Source: Sminthopsis crassicaudata (Eukaryota). Taken from it: DNA of 64,000 nucleotides. Positions 50,286-64,000 of the stretch are shown here, one piece after another. The notes beneath the pieces are model-generated. The model saw only the letters and a program-made list of their open reading frames with translations. It was not told the DNA's origin and did no database searches. The position numbers were made by a program, and so were the translations under genes. The stretch is taken from positions 317,144,454 through 317,208,453 of the forward strand of contig NC_133619.1 in assembly GCF_048593235.1 (NCBI RefSeq). Reading direction: 5' to 3'. Position 1 is the stretch's first letter. Each line of letters begins with the position of its first letter.

Positions 50286-52859
50286 GTATTTTTCCGATTT
50301 CCTTTTTATTCCTAGAATGTATTTACACCTTCTCAATCTTTGGGAGTTTGGGAAAAAAAAAAGAAAAGAAAAATGTAATTTAATTGCCTGAATTATTCTT
50401 ATTTTTTTGAAGCCCAAACTTAACTCCAAGAGTAATTCTCTTGGAGAGGGATTTGTGATTGCATTGCAATGAGGACAGATATATGTGTGTCTGTGTGTGT
50501 ATCTGTGTGTTTGTGAGGGGGGAATTTTGCTTTCTATTGGTTTGACACTATAATTTTATGACCCAGTTATCTATATTTGTGCTGTTGGAGGTGATAGCTG
50601 GGAGGGAGGGAAGGTATGCTTACATGCTTTTTGGTTTTTGTTTTTTAAGAAATCGGGTTGCTGGTGAGCATCTCATATGAAAACTCCCAAATCCTGTTGT
50701 CTAGTATTAAGAAACGTTTCCTTTTTAATGACCTTATTTCTTTGACAAGCAAACAATAAATAACTCAGCATTAAAGAACAGATGCAGTCAGAACTGATAT
50801 AGGGCACCATTTCACTTGTTGAAAAAGACAGAAATAGAGAGTGTAAGCACTCATCACAAGCAGACACAAGCAGTCATCATGTGTGATGAACTAGTGATAT
50901 TTCAGACACTGTCTCTAACCTGGAACTCTGGGAAGTCTTGAACTGGCCTTTGAGAATTTTGTTCTACCCATTTTCACTTTGCTGAGGGACATTATACTTT
51001 GACTTCAGTCTCATGGAGAGTGCTAATAAAAGGGGCCTTGCAAATGTTTAAATCTCCAAATCAGTGAGAGTATTGATACTAAATTAAGCTGTTTGGGATG
51101 GGAAGAACTTCTGCAAAATAGAACTGAGCAAAATCTTATGATGCTTTCCCACTGATCATTGTTTCTAAGTTTGAGGACAAGGTCCTCACTATTCTTTTAT
51201 TTCATTTGAAAAAAATATAAATGACTACTGTAGGCTATCCTCCTGCCAACACTCACTCTTCCTCCACACACAAGCCATCATGCAAATGTTCAACTTACTC
51301 TCACAGTAGTCTCCCCTCTGTGCCAACTTGGCAGAGGATCCTTAGTCAACCTTGAATTTAAATATCTTCCCTTGCTGTTTGAGGATGAGGAGTACAACTG
51401 CCTTCGTCTTCACATCTTCTTTCCCTGGTCACACAACTTACTTAACAATGAGGCTACACCCTCTCCTGTTCTTGGATGAGAAGAGTAATATTAAATTCCC
51501 TGGTTTAGAATTTTTTTTACAGTTGTATGTGCTTGTAATTTGTAAGCTATTGGCTTTGGGTACTTGAAAAATGACTAGTGGTCATATTTTAGAACTGTTT
51601 TTAAATGTTGGAATGAAGATATTGGAGAACTTTTATGGGTTTATGGAAAACCTACATTTATTCCCTGCCATAACACTTCCTAGCTGTGAAATACTGGACT
51701 TTACCTTTCTGAGCCTCAGATTCTTCATCCTATAAGGGCCCAGTAATAGAATCTCACTCACAGAATCCCATGATAAAACTCTGGATTCAGAATTAGAAAG
51801 ACCTGAGTTTAAATACTCCTGTAAACGTTTAATAACTATGTGACTGTGCAAGTCTTTTTCAACCTCAGTTTCCTCATCTGCAAAATTGGGCTAATAATAG
51901 CATCAGTCTCAGAGGATTTGATGTAAGGATCAAATGAAATCATGTATTTAAAGCATTGTATTAACCTTAAAGTATATAGAAATTGTAGTTCTTATTATAA
52001 TGTATTGACAGTGCTTTCTAGACCTTAAAATGTTTTATGTCAGTGCATTTGTTATTATATTTAATTACAATTTTCAGAGTCAACACAAGATTATCTCTGT
52101 CACATCTGTCATTAGTCATTACCCCAGACAACTTTATTATAGTAGAGTTGCTACATGGTTTGGCATGTCTAGCATATGATTGTCATTTAGAATGGAATCT
52201 TAGGCAAGGCCCACATAGTTCCACCACTCAGGGTATGTAAACAGGTTGTTGGTTCTTCCTGTTTTATATTTTGGTTTGACCTGAGATCAGCACCATAACT
52301 GTTGGTATACACCTATAGCTCAGTAGCCAAAATAGTCTGGTCAACGCTACATTAGAGAGCATTTGCTATGAATCCCTTGCAATAATTTCAGGATAAGGGA
52401 GGAAGAATGAATTGCTTCCACTGGTAATTCTGCCTAATGTCCTTGGCATCATGGGAATTTACTCATCTTGTTTTCTGGCAATAAGGAAATCCTATTAAGA
52501 AGTCAAGTGAGGAATATCCCCACTTCTAAGATATTGTTCATCACAGAATCTGTATGGTCATAAATTAAGATACTGTCCTGCAAGATTACTTTTCTAAAGA
52601 TGAACCAATTAAAGGGATTCAACTCTCCAGGTTCAATCAACTTTGTCATAAAGCAAGGGGGTTCTCTGGAAATCTTATTTCCTTTTTACTCCTCCAAAAT
52701 ACCTTAAAATACAGTTTCTCCTAGAAACTAGGCAGAAATGGAATCTTAAAAGAGTTAATACTATCTTGGGGAGGTGGCATGGAGGCAAATAGAAATATCT
52801 CTACATGAAACTTTCTCTCATGAAGTATATTTTCTGAGTGAGTTAGATTTTTTTTGTGG

Positions 52860-53170
52860 GGGAAAGAAGAGAAGGAAAGAGGTGGGGGAAGGGAGAGGGG
52901 GAGAAAAGTTGGGGAATGGATTAAAAAGGAGAAGAGAAAAGGATGAGAAAGAAAGAAAGAGAAAGAAGAAGAATGAGAGAGAGAGAGAAAGAGAAAGGAA
53001 GAGAGGGGGAGGGAAAGAGAAAAGGAGAGACAGGCAGATACTGACAGACAGGAACAGACACAGACAGAGAAGGAAAAGGAAGAAGGGAGAGAGAGAGAAG
53101 GGAAGAAGAATGATAGAAAGACAATGACAAGGAAACAGAAAGACAGAGACAGAAACAAAAACAGAGAAAC
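52860..53170. repeat. GA-rich low-complexity/microsatellite tract
   Basis: Direct inspection; explains ORFs 52721-53266. Confidence 0.9.
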
Positions 53171-55377
53171 ATACTTTTCTCCTGGGGAAAATGTACCTCC
53201 ATTTAGTGTTGGAGCAAAGTTGGTCTGTAATTTTAAACTCAGTGATTGGATCTCATGTTTTTCCATGCTAATCTGTCATTCACAATTGGACTGACAACTG
53301 CAGAGAAGGCTCAGATCTGTTAGACTGATGGAAGCCAGGGAGGAGAATTTAAGGGGTTCAACAGTAACAGGTTGAGATGGACTATATCTAGGTTGAGGCT
53401 TGGGAGCACCTGCTATATCTGCCTAAGACCATGATGATGTATGTGAACATATGTGCATGTATTCTCTTAACATAGCTTTGTCATATTCTGTCACTTCTAC
53501 AACTGTTGAGAACATCTGTTAAAAGACTAGTGTCACTATAAGGCATAAGAAATGTTTAACCAAAAGCATCTCTTTGATATTATATAACATAGAATCACAA
53601 TGCAATGTCTTAAGCCTATAAGAAACAGAGGCAAATCTTTGTTTAGTGTGAACATACTTTTAAAACTTCTAGGCATTATTTTAGGCAACAATAGAAAAAA
53701 ATCAACATCTGTTGTCCTATTGGTTTATGAAAAGTTTTTTTTTCATGTAATATACACAGATTTTTATCCACCGCTTCAATGGTAAATTCTTTTTTTTTCT
53801 AATAGTGTGTATACTCCTTAATGTTCCCTTCTTTGTTGATTTGATAAACTATGCTTTTTTCTTTCACTAGAAGATAAAATCTTGGGTACAGTGGGCCAAA
53901 AATATTAGACTAAATCAGTTTGATTTAATTAAATCATTTTGTTTTTGATCCTAATCTTCCTCTAAATAGTTATTGTGTATATGAATTTCACTTTACCCTG
54001 AATCTATTTCCTTATTTTAAGTCAATAATTTAATATAAAAATATTTTTAATTATCTGTGGTGTGTTGTTCAGCCATTTTTTTTCAATTTTTGTGACCCCA
54101 CTCAGTGTTTTCTGGGCAAAGATACTTAAATATTTTGCTATTTCTTTCTCCAATGGTGTGCAAGATACTGATGCAAAAAAGCAAAACCTAGTCCCTGTCC
54201 ACAAGGAACTTACATTCTAACATTCTAATGGTGAGATATAAAATATACACATAAGTGAATGCAAGATAATTGAAGGAGAGGAAGACCAGCAGTTAGTAAA
54301 AGTTTGAAAGACTTCTCATAGGAGGTGACATCTTAGCTGAGTCTCTAAGGAAGCAGTATTTTAAGTGAAGAGGGAGTGCATGTCAGGAATGAGAAGTAAG
54401 GCTGTTCAAAAGTAGAGAGAAGAACATGTATTCTGAGCTCAGGGAACAGCAAGAAAGGCCAATTTGGCCAAACTACAGAATTCACAAAGAGACAGTATGG
54501 CATAGAAAGTAGATTACTCTTCTGAGATTAGGATGAATTGGATTCTAATAACTCCTAAAGGAGTAGAACAAGATATTTACAATCTCTGATCCTACATTTC
54601 CTCATCTGCAAACTTGAAAGATGATAGCATCTACTTTCCAGAGTTTATGGAGAGAGTCAAAAAATGGGGGCAGTGAAGTGGCACAGTGAATAGAATCCTG
54701 GCTCTATAGTTAGAAAGACCTGAGTTCAGATTTGGATCAGAAAATTTTTAGCTGTGTGAACCTGGGCAAATCACTTAAGCCCAATTACTTCCAGAGTCAA
54801 AACAGAATCCAGTCTAGGTGAGTTCTTACCCACAAGAAAAGAAGCCCTATCCTTGTACCCCCTGCATCAGAATTTAGGATGACCTATTTCCTGATAGAGA
54901 AAAACAACTATAATGGCCTAGATAGAGATGGAATCCCATGTCCAGATGGATAGAAGTGGCTGAGACTCATGATCAAGTTCTCCATGAGGAGCTGAGACTT
55001 CCTGTATCCTATTAGAACAATGGATTCTCATGAACCAGAATGAACTGACTCTAGCATATCCTTGAATAGAATAATTCTCTTTCTATAAGCAATTTCTTAA
55101 TTTTCTCTTACAAATAAAAAGTTGTGTAAGAGAAAGTACTATGCAATGGAACCAGCAATCTATATAGTTCCTATTCTAAATCTAGGTTGTCATGATTATA
55201 TATGATGTAAAAAGCATAGTCAAGAGTTAAGGATGACTCCCAGGTTGGGAGTAAACTTGGATTCATCTAGTGTTGCTACTAGATCTAACATTCTTTATAT
55301 ATATATATCTGCATTTTAAAAATTTTTATCTCAGAATCACAATGTAGTAAGGGCAAGGACAGAAGGATGAATAAGAC

Positions 55378-55652
55378 CAGAGATGTACTGATAAATATTT
55401 AACAATCAGCTTTTGGGCAGATTGTATATTGGTGGTGGTGGTTGGGTTATCATGTATATTTGATGCAATTTTAAATTTAATATGAATTATTAACAATATC
55501 CCAATATTTTATTAATTCTAGGCAATCAACAAAACAATAAAACAAACCCTGATTAATAAATTTTTACTGATTTATAATATGTAAATGGTCAAACTAAAAA
55601 TTTAACAGTGGGTTCTCATGAGCCTATACGAAATGACTCTAGCATATCCTTG
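55378..55652 (-). mobile_element. MER63-like hAT element
   Basis: cagagatgtactgataaatatttaacaa...ttctaggcaatcaacaaaacaataaaacaaaccctga...ctctagcatatcc, reverse complement of the copies at 17890 and 47261. Confidence 0.7.
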
Positions 55653-56290
55653 AATAAGACCATTCTCTTTCTATAAGCAATTTCTTAATTTTCTCTTGCA
55701 AATAGTAAGTTTTGTAAAAGAAAGTACAATGCAATGAGAAAAAGTACTGTATTTGTAATCTGAGGTTTTAATACTGACTTTGCCAGTCTGTGTCACTTGG
55801 ATGACTATGGGAAAGTAATTCAATATCTTTGTATCTGTTTTGTCACCTATAGAGTAGATGCTGTATAATAATTATAACAATTACTACCACTTATATAGTG
55901 CCTTACAATTTTCAAAGAACTCTACAACTATTACTAAACCTGATCCTTACAAAAATTTTGGAAGATAGGTGCTATTATTATTCTCATTTTATAAGTGAGG
56001 AAACCAAGGCAGGCAGTGACTGGCCCAGGATGATAAATGTCTGAGGCAGCATTTGATTTCAAGTACTCCTGCTTCCAAATCTAATGTTCTATCTATTGTA
56101 CCAAAAGGCAGCCAAATCTAAACCTTCTTCTCTGTTTTTCTAATTGTAACCAGAAACCAAAGATACAAATCATACTCCTATATGAACTGTGGTCTTTAAG
56201 GTCCCCTATTCATTTACTCTAGCTACAATCAATTTGCCTATAGTCCTAAACTCTACTATTAAAGAAAAAAAAAAAAAAAAAAAAAAAAAG

Positions 56291-56541
56291 CTGTGTTGTT
56301 ATTCAGTCATATTCGACTCTTCATGACCCCATTTGGAGTTTTCTTAACAAGGATACTGAAATGGCTTGTCTTTTCCTTCGCTAATTCATTTTATAGATGA
56401 GAAAATGGAAGCAAAAGGGGATTAAGTGATTTAACCAGTATCATACAGCTTGGAAGTGTCTGAGGCCAGATTCTAACATAGGAAAATGAGTCTTCCTAAT
56501 TCCAGGCACTACTCACTATCCATGTTGCTACCTTGTTGCCC
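56291..56541 (-). mobile_element. Mar1-type SINE
   Basis: gttgttattcagtcatattcgactcttcatgaccccatttggag...ctaattccaggcact. Confidence 0.8.
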
Positions 56542-57979
56542 AGAGGAATACTCAATAAATATATTGTTTCTTTCTTCTCTCTTCATTCGCTGCATACAAT
56601 TGCAAGTTTTAGTCAAGCCAAAGAATGTTATTACTGCTTTATTCAACACAGTGTTTCCATCACTTTGTTAGATTTATCATACTACTCATTGTATAGATGA
56701 GGACACTGAGTCACAAAGTATCACATTTTCAAACTAAACTGCTGTTTACTAAAGACATATACAAGACAGAAATAGACTTCTTAGGAGAAACTAGGACTGC
56801 TAGTACCACTTTCTTTTTGGCACTAATCCCTTTTCAAATTTGGATACTTCCTTCACTCCTCGAATTTGAACTTCTCATCTTCCCTGTCAGGTCTCTATCT
56901 TATCCAGCTCTCATTTCATATTACTCTTATGTCATCCACTGCTCTTGTTAGTAACCTAACACATGCCATTGCAGAATCTCCTTTTCCTTTAATTTCCTCT
57001 CTTCCATGCCCTTCTACAAAGCCTTTTCATTCTCATAGTATTTTCTTTTTTTCTTTTGGCAGGAGATCAGTCCATTCTGTTCCTTCCTCCTATCTTTCTT
57101 GTTCTTTAGCTTTCTTTATGAAACACTAATTAGAGAATTAACAACAATAATAAAAACAATAGTTATTTTGACATAGCCCTTTATCATTTTCAAAAGCCTT
57201 TTCATATATATTATTTCATTTGATCCTTGCAACTTCATGTTGCAGATAAAGAAATGGAGGCTCAGAGAAAATAACAGTTATTTATTCAAATTCACAAAGT
57301 AAATAAGTGACAACAATAACATCAGAATCAAGCTTCTCTGACACATAGTCTGATATTCTTCCCACAATTACATCCTCCTTCTTCCCTCTGGACTTCCACC
57401 TTCACTGCTAACTTGTATGGTACAGACACAAAATTAAAATGGGGTAAGAAGGAGTAGGAGTATATGAGAATAGATACTTGACTGAATCTTCCTTAGAGCT
57501 AAAGCCAGATGAGGCTTTAGAAATTATATAGCTAGTGAGACCTAGAATAATTTATTTTGCCCAGGCTCACAAAGCTAGTTAGCAACTGAAGCAGGATTCA
57601 AATTAAGGTCTCATAAATTGCAAGTTCAGAGCTCTATACATTGCAATAGAGCTAGCTGATTCTTAGAGGTTCAACTTGGGCCACCTGAGGTAGAAAATAT
57701 TGGTTCTAGTTTGATTCAATTCTGAACCATTGTGTAGGCCTTGGAATAAAATGACCACAGAATAAATCCAAAAATCTCCCTTTAGAAAGAACTGAATTAC
57801 TAAGTAATACTAAAAGTGTAAAACATCATAACTGTCATTGACTTAGTCATTGGATACCAAAATTGGGATTTGACATAGAAATATCTAGGGAGAGCCCTAA
57901 AATCACAGGAACTGGAAGGGACCTCAAAATTGACAAAATGGTTTTCCTAAAACACATGTTGGACTATGTTGTGCCATAT

Positions 57980-60440
57980 TCAGTAAATTTCAGTGGTCCT
58001 ATATCACTTCCAGGAACATATATAAAATCTTTTCATCACTCAAAGACCTTTATAATCCATCCCCCCACACTTTTCCAGTTTTCTTATATCTTACTACTTC
58101 CCATAACCCACATATACAGTGATCTTGGCCTTCTTTCTGTTTCACAGATAAAGACATCCCTCTCTCTCTGCTCCAGGCATTTTCTATTTTTTTTTCTTTC
58201 CACTTAATAGTTTTTTTTTTTACTTTTTTCCAATTACATGTAAAATTAGTTTTCAGTATTCATTTTAATAAAAATTTGAGTTCCAAATTCTTTTTTCTCC
58301 CTCCTTTCTCTCTTCCCTTCTCAATATTTCAAGCAATCTGATATAGGTTATACATGTATAATTATGTTAAACATAATTTCCACATTAGTCACATTATGAA
58401 AGTATAATCTAAACAAAAGGGAAATAACACAGAGAAAAAAAGTGAAACTGGCATGTTTCGATCTGTATTTAGACTCCATTGTTCTTTCTCTGGATATGGT
58501 CAGGATTTTCTATCATGAGTCTTTTGGAATTGTCTTGTAATATGCTGAGAAGAGCTAAATTTATCATAGTTGATATTGTATGATGATACAATATTGTTGT
58601 CACTGTATATAATTTTCTCATGATTCTGCTAATTTCACTCAGCAATTCTTCATGTAAACTTTCCAAAATTTTAAAAATCTACCTGCTCATACCTTCTTAA
58701 AAACATTAGTATTGCATTATATTCACATATCATAATTTGTTTAGTCATTCCCCAATTGATGATTGTCTCTTCAATTCCTAATTCTTTGCTACCACAAAAA
58801 GAACTGCTATAAATATTTTTGTGCATGTGGGTCCTTTTCCCTTTTTATTATCTCTTTGGATACAGGTATAATAGTGGTATTGCTGAATTAAAGGATATCC
58901 ACAGTTTTATAGCCCCATGGGAATAGTTTCAAATTGTTCTACAGAATAGTTGGATCAGTTTGTAACTCCACCAACATTGCATTAGTGTTCCCATTTTCCA
59001 ACGTCTTCTTCAACATTTATCATTTTCCTTTTCTCTCATATATTAGCCAATCTAATAGGTGTAAAGTGGTACCTCAGAGTTGTTTTAATGTGTATTTTTC
59101 TAATCAATAGTAATTTAGAGCAGTTTTTTTTTATATGACTATAGCTAACTTTAACTTCTTTATCTAAAAACTACCTGTTCATATTTTTTGACCATTTATC
59201 AAATGGGCAATCACTTATATTCTCATGAATTTTCCTTGGTGTTTTGAAAAAATAGACCATTATCCAAAACACTTGTAAAAAAAAATGTTTTCCAGTTTTC
59301 TGCATTGATTTTGTTTATACAAAAGCTATTTAAATTAGTGTGATCAAAATTATACTTTTTGCATTTCATTATGTTCTCTATCTCATAAATTCTTAGCCAG
59401 TATCAAATAATTTTGGTGCTTGTCACTTTATAATATTGTTTCAGATTTTGTATGGCAAGACTACCTTCCTTTCTATTTTTTCATTACTTCCCTTGATATT
59501 TTTGACCATTTGTTCTTCTAGATGAATTTTGTCATTATGTTTAATAGCTTTATCAAAGAATTTTTGGTAGTTTGATTGGTATGATATTGAATAAGTAAAT
59601 TCATTTAGTTAGACTTGTGATTTTAATTATATTAGCTCAGCCTACCCATGAGCAAATGTTATTTTTCTAGTTGTTGAGATCTGATTTTATTTGTGTGAAA
59701 AAGTTTTGTAATTGTGTTTATATAGTTCCTGGGTTGGCAGGTAGAGTCCCAAAAATGTTTTATATAGTCAATGTTATTTTTAATTGGATTTATCTTTCTA
59801 TCTCTTGCTTCTGGAATTTATTGGTAATATATAGAATTGCTGATGATTTATATGGGTATTTCTCAACTTTGCTAAATTTGTTAATTGTTTCAAGTAGTTC
59901 TTTAGTTGATTCTCTAAATGTGCCATTATATCATCTGAAAAGAGTGAGTTCTGTTTCCTCATTATCTACTTTATTACTTTAATTTCTCTTTCATTATTTA
60001 CTGTTAAAGTTAAGATTTCCAGTACAATATTGGATAGCAGTGGTGATAATGGGCATCCTTGTTTCACCCTTGATCTTACTGGCATATCCTGATCTTTTCT
60101 AGCATATCCTTGTTACATATAATGCTTACTGATTGTTTTAGCAGATATTTTCCTGAATGTCTCCCATACCTGGAATATTCTTCCTCTTCCCCTCCATCTC
60201 TTGATTTCCCTGGATTCCTTCAAGTTCCAGCCAAAATCCTACTTTCTACAAGAAGTCTTTCTCAGTCCTTTTAAATTCTAATTCCTTTCCTCTATTGACT
60301 GCTCCCTGTTTATATTAGTTATTTACATGTGGCTTCTCCATTAGATTGTGAGCTCCTGGTAACACTATTGTTTCTCCTTCATTTGTATCTCTATCATTCA
60401 GGAGAATTCCTGACAAAATAAATGCTTATAGATTGATGGA
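57980..60440 (+). mobile_element. L2 3' end split in two (57980-58184 and 60146-60440) by an L1 insertion
   Basis: ...ctccaggcattttc | L1 | attttcctgaatgtctcccatacctggaat...ccttcaagttcc...agattgtgagctcc; the L2 consensus continues across the insertion. Confidence 0.65.
58185..60145 (-). mobile_element. 5'-truncated L1 (3' UTR + ORF2 3' region, with internal deletions)
   Basis: T-rich tail, tttttccaattacatgtaaa, ggtgtaaagtggtacctcagagttgtttta, gtggtgataatgggcatccttgtttcacc: marsupial L1 reverse-strand motifs. Confidence 0.9.
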
Positions 60441-61499
60441 ATTGCCTAAGTAGTAGCTAAATTATCAAAGTAATAGGAATGAGCAGAATTACAAGCTTAA
60501 ATGGTTCCAGAGAAAAATAAGCAGAGAAGCTTTTAGCTGCTTTGCTGGAGAAAGGAGATAAGAAATATGTAAAAAAAAAAATGCTTCCTCAGTATATGCT
60601 ATGAGAAGAAAAAAGGAAAAGACTGAAGACTTGACATGAATCCAGAAAGGTTAGTTAGACTTTATCTGAGTTTATACAATGTCTGACAGTCTTACCACTG
60701 ACTCATAAGAAAAGAGTATTTTAAAAGTTTATTTTATTTTTAATTTTTCAAATAAAACAAGCATTTCTATAACATAGTACAACAAAAAGATGACTACATA
60801 AAATCACAAATATATAGCAAAATTATTGTGTAAATTTCTTTTTCTTCTCCAGCCTGAGCTGAATGATCTTAGAAAAACATCCAATGATTTGCAAAAGAGT
60901 ATTTTTAAAGTTTTTGGTTTGGTTTTTTGTTGCTGTTAGATGTTAATTCCATGTCTAAGTATGAAGACAAATGCTTATATGAAGCTTCTTCTTAAATATA
61001 TATATCCAGTCATGTTAGGACTTAATTTGATCTGTAAAGTGTTGGTTCTCTATCAAGCTGCCAAGTATGAAACACTGTAGGGGGAAAATAATATCAAAAT
61101 TCTGACTAGTTGGAGAGGACAAACAGAGAGGAACAAAGGGTAGGTTTGGCAACTTATATAAGAAAAGAAGTTTCAAAGATGAATATATTTTAAATTGTAT
61201 TCCTAAATTTTTTGAAGTTAACAATTAAACTTAATAAGAAAAACCATATCTTATAGAGCTTTAGTTGACATTTCTATCTGGCCAGTATAGAGCAATAAAT
61301 TTTAGTACAAAAATAATTGTGAAAGAGCTCATGAATTTGGTAGCTGTGTCTACATAGTAGAAATAAGTTGTTTTGTATAAAATACTTTTCCTGCATAGTG
61401 AAACTAAGACCATCAGAATTATTTCACTTGAAAGGATAAGTCAATAAAAAATCATTACGGTCAGCTTTTTTTCAAAAAACTATGAATTTTTGGTGCAAA

Positions 61500-61690
61500 T
61501 TATAATGTTAATAGGGAAAAAGAAGAATTGTCAACTATATGGATGAGTGCAAGAAAATAGGCATCAAACCACTAGTAATAAGAGGAATGCTAATATTAAA
61601 AAAAAAAAAAAAAAAAAAAAGGTTTTTATCTCAGACTCAGCAAATTGACATAGATGACTAATACAGTAATAGCCCTTGTTGGTGGGGCAG
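61500..61690 (+). mobile_element. L1 ORF2 fragment with expanded poly(A)
   Basis: aaaccactagtaataagaggaatgctaatatt(A)n...tctcagactcagcaaattgacatagatgac. Confidence 0.55.
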
Positions 61691-61806
61691 AGAGTAGATG
61701 AATTTTTTCTACGTGAATGGGACTGATTAGATGAAATATTTCTCAGTATTGAGTCACATGATCCCTGTTCCCATAACTTTGGACCTTGGAGAGGTCATTT
61801 ACTCTC

Positions 61807-62137
61807 TGTAAGAATGAACTTTGAACCTGAGATACAGGATGTTGCAAGAAGTAACATGATCTGTGAGAGGCAGCCAGCATTGTTATCATTGGTCAAGGAT
61901 GATTACATCCTATTAGTCTACCCAATGAGAATGCTCCACTCTTTTGCTTTTAAACCCTGGACAAGCCAGAAGTTGGTCAGATTCCAGAAGCATATGGTGG
62001 GAGTTGGGATGGCTCCCAGGTGTGTGTCTGGGCCTCTCCCTGAAGGGATTAAATAAATGGTTTCTCTTTGTATCTGATGATGTCTCTGATTAGTTCATTG
62101 GATTGGAAAGAGGGTCTTGCACCCAACCCGTCTCACA
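61807..62137 (+). mobile_element. Solo LTR-like element (~330 bp)
   Basis: TGtaag start, ccaat, TATA-like tttaaa, attaaataaa poly(A) signal, ends tctcaCA. No clear target-site duplication. Confidence 0.55.
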
Positions 62138-62961
62138 CATACCATTATGGAAAATAAATTGAATGAAGAATGTTATATCCTGAAATGAATCTAACATAAA
62201 CATAACATTAACCCTCTTTTTAAAAAATGTACATTTATATATTGAAATAGAAATGAGATTTTTTCAAATGATTCTAGAGTTATTTCATAATTGTTTGTGA
62301 AAACAAGCTTATATTTGCACATATTCACTTGCACATTGAATGGATTGTCATTGATAGGAATTTTTAAATGGTAATATGCCTTAAATTTCATATTGTTTTC
62401 CCCTCCCCTGTGGTAGGTGGCTGAATGCATTCACTTTGGCCTGCAAAAATTGCAGGATACTACCATTCCATGTGAACGAGATGCATAATAATTGTGCCTT
62501 ATATTCCAGGGTGCTTTAAGATTTACAAAACATTTTATATAATATTTTATTTGACTTTCACAACAATTCAGTGAGGTAGGTGATAAAAACCCCATTTTAC
62601 AGATAAGGAAATAAGTTGAGAGAGACCATATGGCTAATAAGATTCTGATTTAGAATTCAAATTTATATCTTCCTCACTTTAGGTCCAATGTTGTACAACA
62701 TACAATCTATTTATCTCATATTTCATCCAGCCTGTAAAACAATTTCAAAAGAAGCATATGTATTCTGGTCCAGATCATATAGAAGAATGCTATCCTATTT
62801 TTTCAGTCTTTCTCTTTGTGCTGTGAGACCTCATTAAATTCCTGCTTTTGATGCTTGCTAGCTGTGTGACTACAGAAAGGTCATTATGCCTATCTAGGTT
62901 TTACTTTCCTGTAAATTATTCATAATATTGCTGTAGTATCAGGGTTTTTAATTATTGAATT

Positions 62962-62965
<4 letters not shown>

Positions 62966-63011
<46 letters not shown>
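62966..63011. repeat. (TA)n microsatellite
   Basis: Direct inspection. Confidence 0.97.
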
Positions 63012-63014
<3 letters not shown>

Positions 63015-64000
63015 TTCATGTAATTCATTTTGGGAACGTTTTAAAGATTTATAAAACTCTCTTCTTGACATGTGTAAAATTAATTAAAATTTAGTTCTTT
63101 AAGATACGAATTGTTTCATTATTTATAATTCTAGGTCTAATGTCTAACATAGTCCCTGGAATATAGCTGGTGTTTAATAAATGCTTGTTGATGTATAATG
63201 GGTATCATATTGCTTTTCTTCTCAATGGGTGGAGTAGGGGCAAGAAGTGGGAGAGAATTTGGAATTCAAAATATTTGAAAAGGAATGTTAAATTAAATTT
63301 AATTTAAAGATAAATAAATACTTGATAATTGGTTTGCAACCCTGTGAAGTAAGCAATTTTAGTACTATTGTCTCCATTTTACAAAAGAGGAACTGAGTCT
63401 CTGAGAGGTTAATTTACATAGTGAATACATGCAGTGGGATTTGAACTTGGGTCTCAATTCCAAATCTATCTCCCTCAGCCACTGTACTACATTGCCTCCT
63501 CTATGTTTACAAAACACTTTATAAAATGTTTTATGTATTGACACATTATTTCAAGAACAGTTTTTGTAATTATTTTTATTACTTTCTCTTGCTTGAATGA
63601 CTATATCTGTAATTTATATTGTCTTGAAAATTACATATTAAGATAAGGCTAGGGAATCCTCCAACTCCCTGAATGAATGTAACATTTGAGCAACCATAAG
63701 TCAAGTGTGTCATGAGGTCCAAGTATGACAGGTATAGCAACTTTCACTGACCTGATGATGCAAATTCTTCATCAAGGAGAACCACGCCTGTCACCTCCTG
63801 GCAAGTTGGGTAGAGTTTTATATGGCCCAGTGCCCATCATTGAAGACTTTAAACAGTGTACAAAATCATCATTCCTTTTTCTCGTCTCTATGCCTTTGCC
63901 CAGAAATGCCCTCTTAGAATCCTTAACTTCCTTTAAGATTCTACCCTGTTGCCGTATTCTGTGGGGAAAAGGGAAACCTTCCCTGATTTCCCTTGTCAAT

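Noticed and set aside
50286-64000. PLCXD2 exon 2 or another nested gene
   Set aside because: No SHDSFSYW-coding segment or other spliceable homologous ORF seen; the sequence is repeat-rich intron.

Overview
AT-rich, CpG-poor, repeat-dense eukaryotic DNA with four N-gaps. The repeat content (Mar1/MIR CORE-SINEs, a young WSINE1-like SINE, an RTE LINE, marsupial-type L1 3' ends, L3/CR1) points to a marsupial, probably a dasyurid such as the Tasmanian devil (inference). Two genes lie on the + strand. The first is the 3' half of CD96 (TACTILE): stalk exons at 376-444, 1090-1158 and 11700-11762, the transmembrane exon at 19198-19321, and the final cytoplasmic exon at 29869-29977 (ERPPSFKPPPPPIKYVCI...CHEMETL*). 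The second is the CpG-rich promoter and first coding exon of PLCXD2 (50126-50285), followed by intron 1 to the window end. This order matches the known CD96-PLCXD2 synteny. Nearly all ORFs in the supplied track are non-coding artefacts. The main points of interest: (i) a ~714-bp tandem duplication giving two intact, in-frame copies of a CD96 stalk exon; (ii) no detectable equivalent of the pre-TM stalk segment known from human CD96; (iii) CHEM in place of the human YHEM (YxxM) motif; (iv) a uORF-rich PLCXD2 leader; (v) several local duplications and an inverted LTR-like pair. I found no convincing wholly new biological system. Gene and repeat names come from recalled homology, not from searches. 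Repeat boundaries are approximate.
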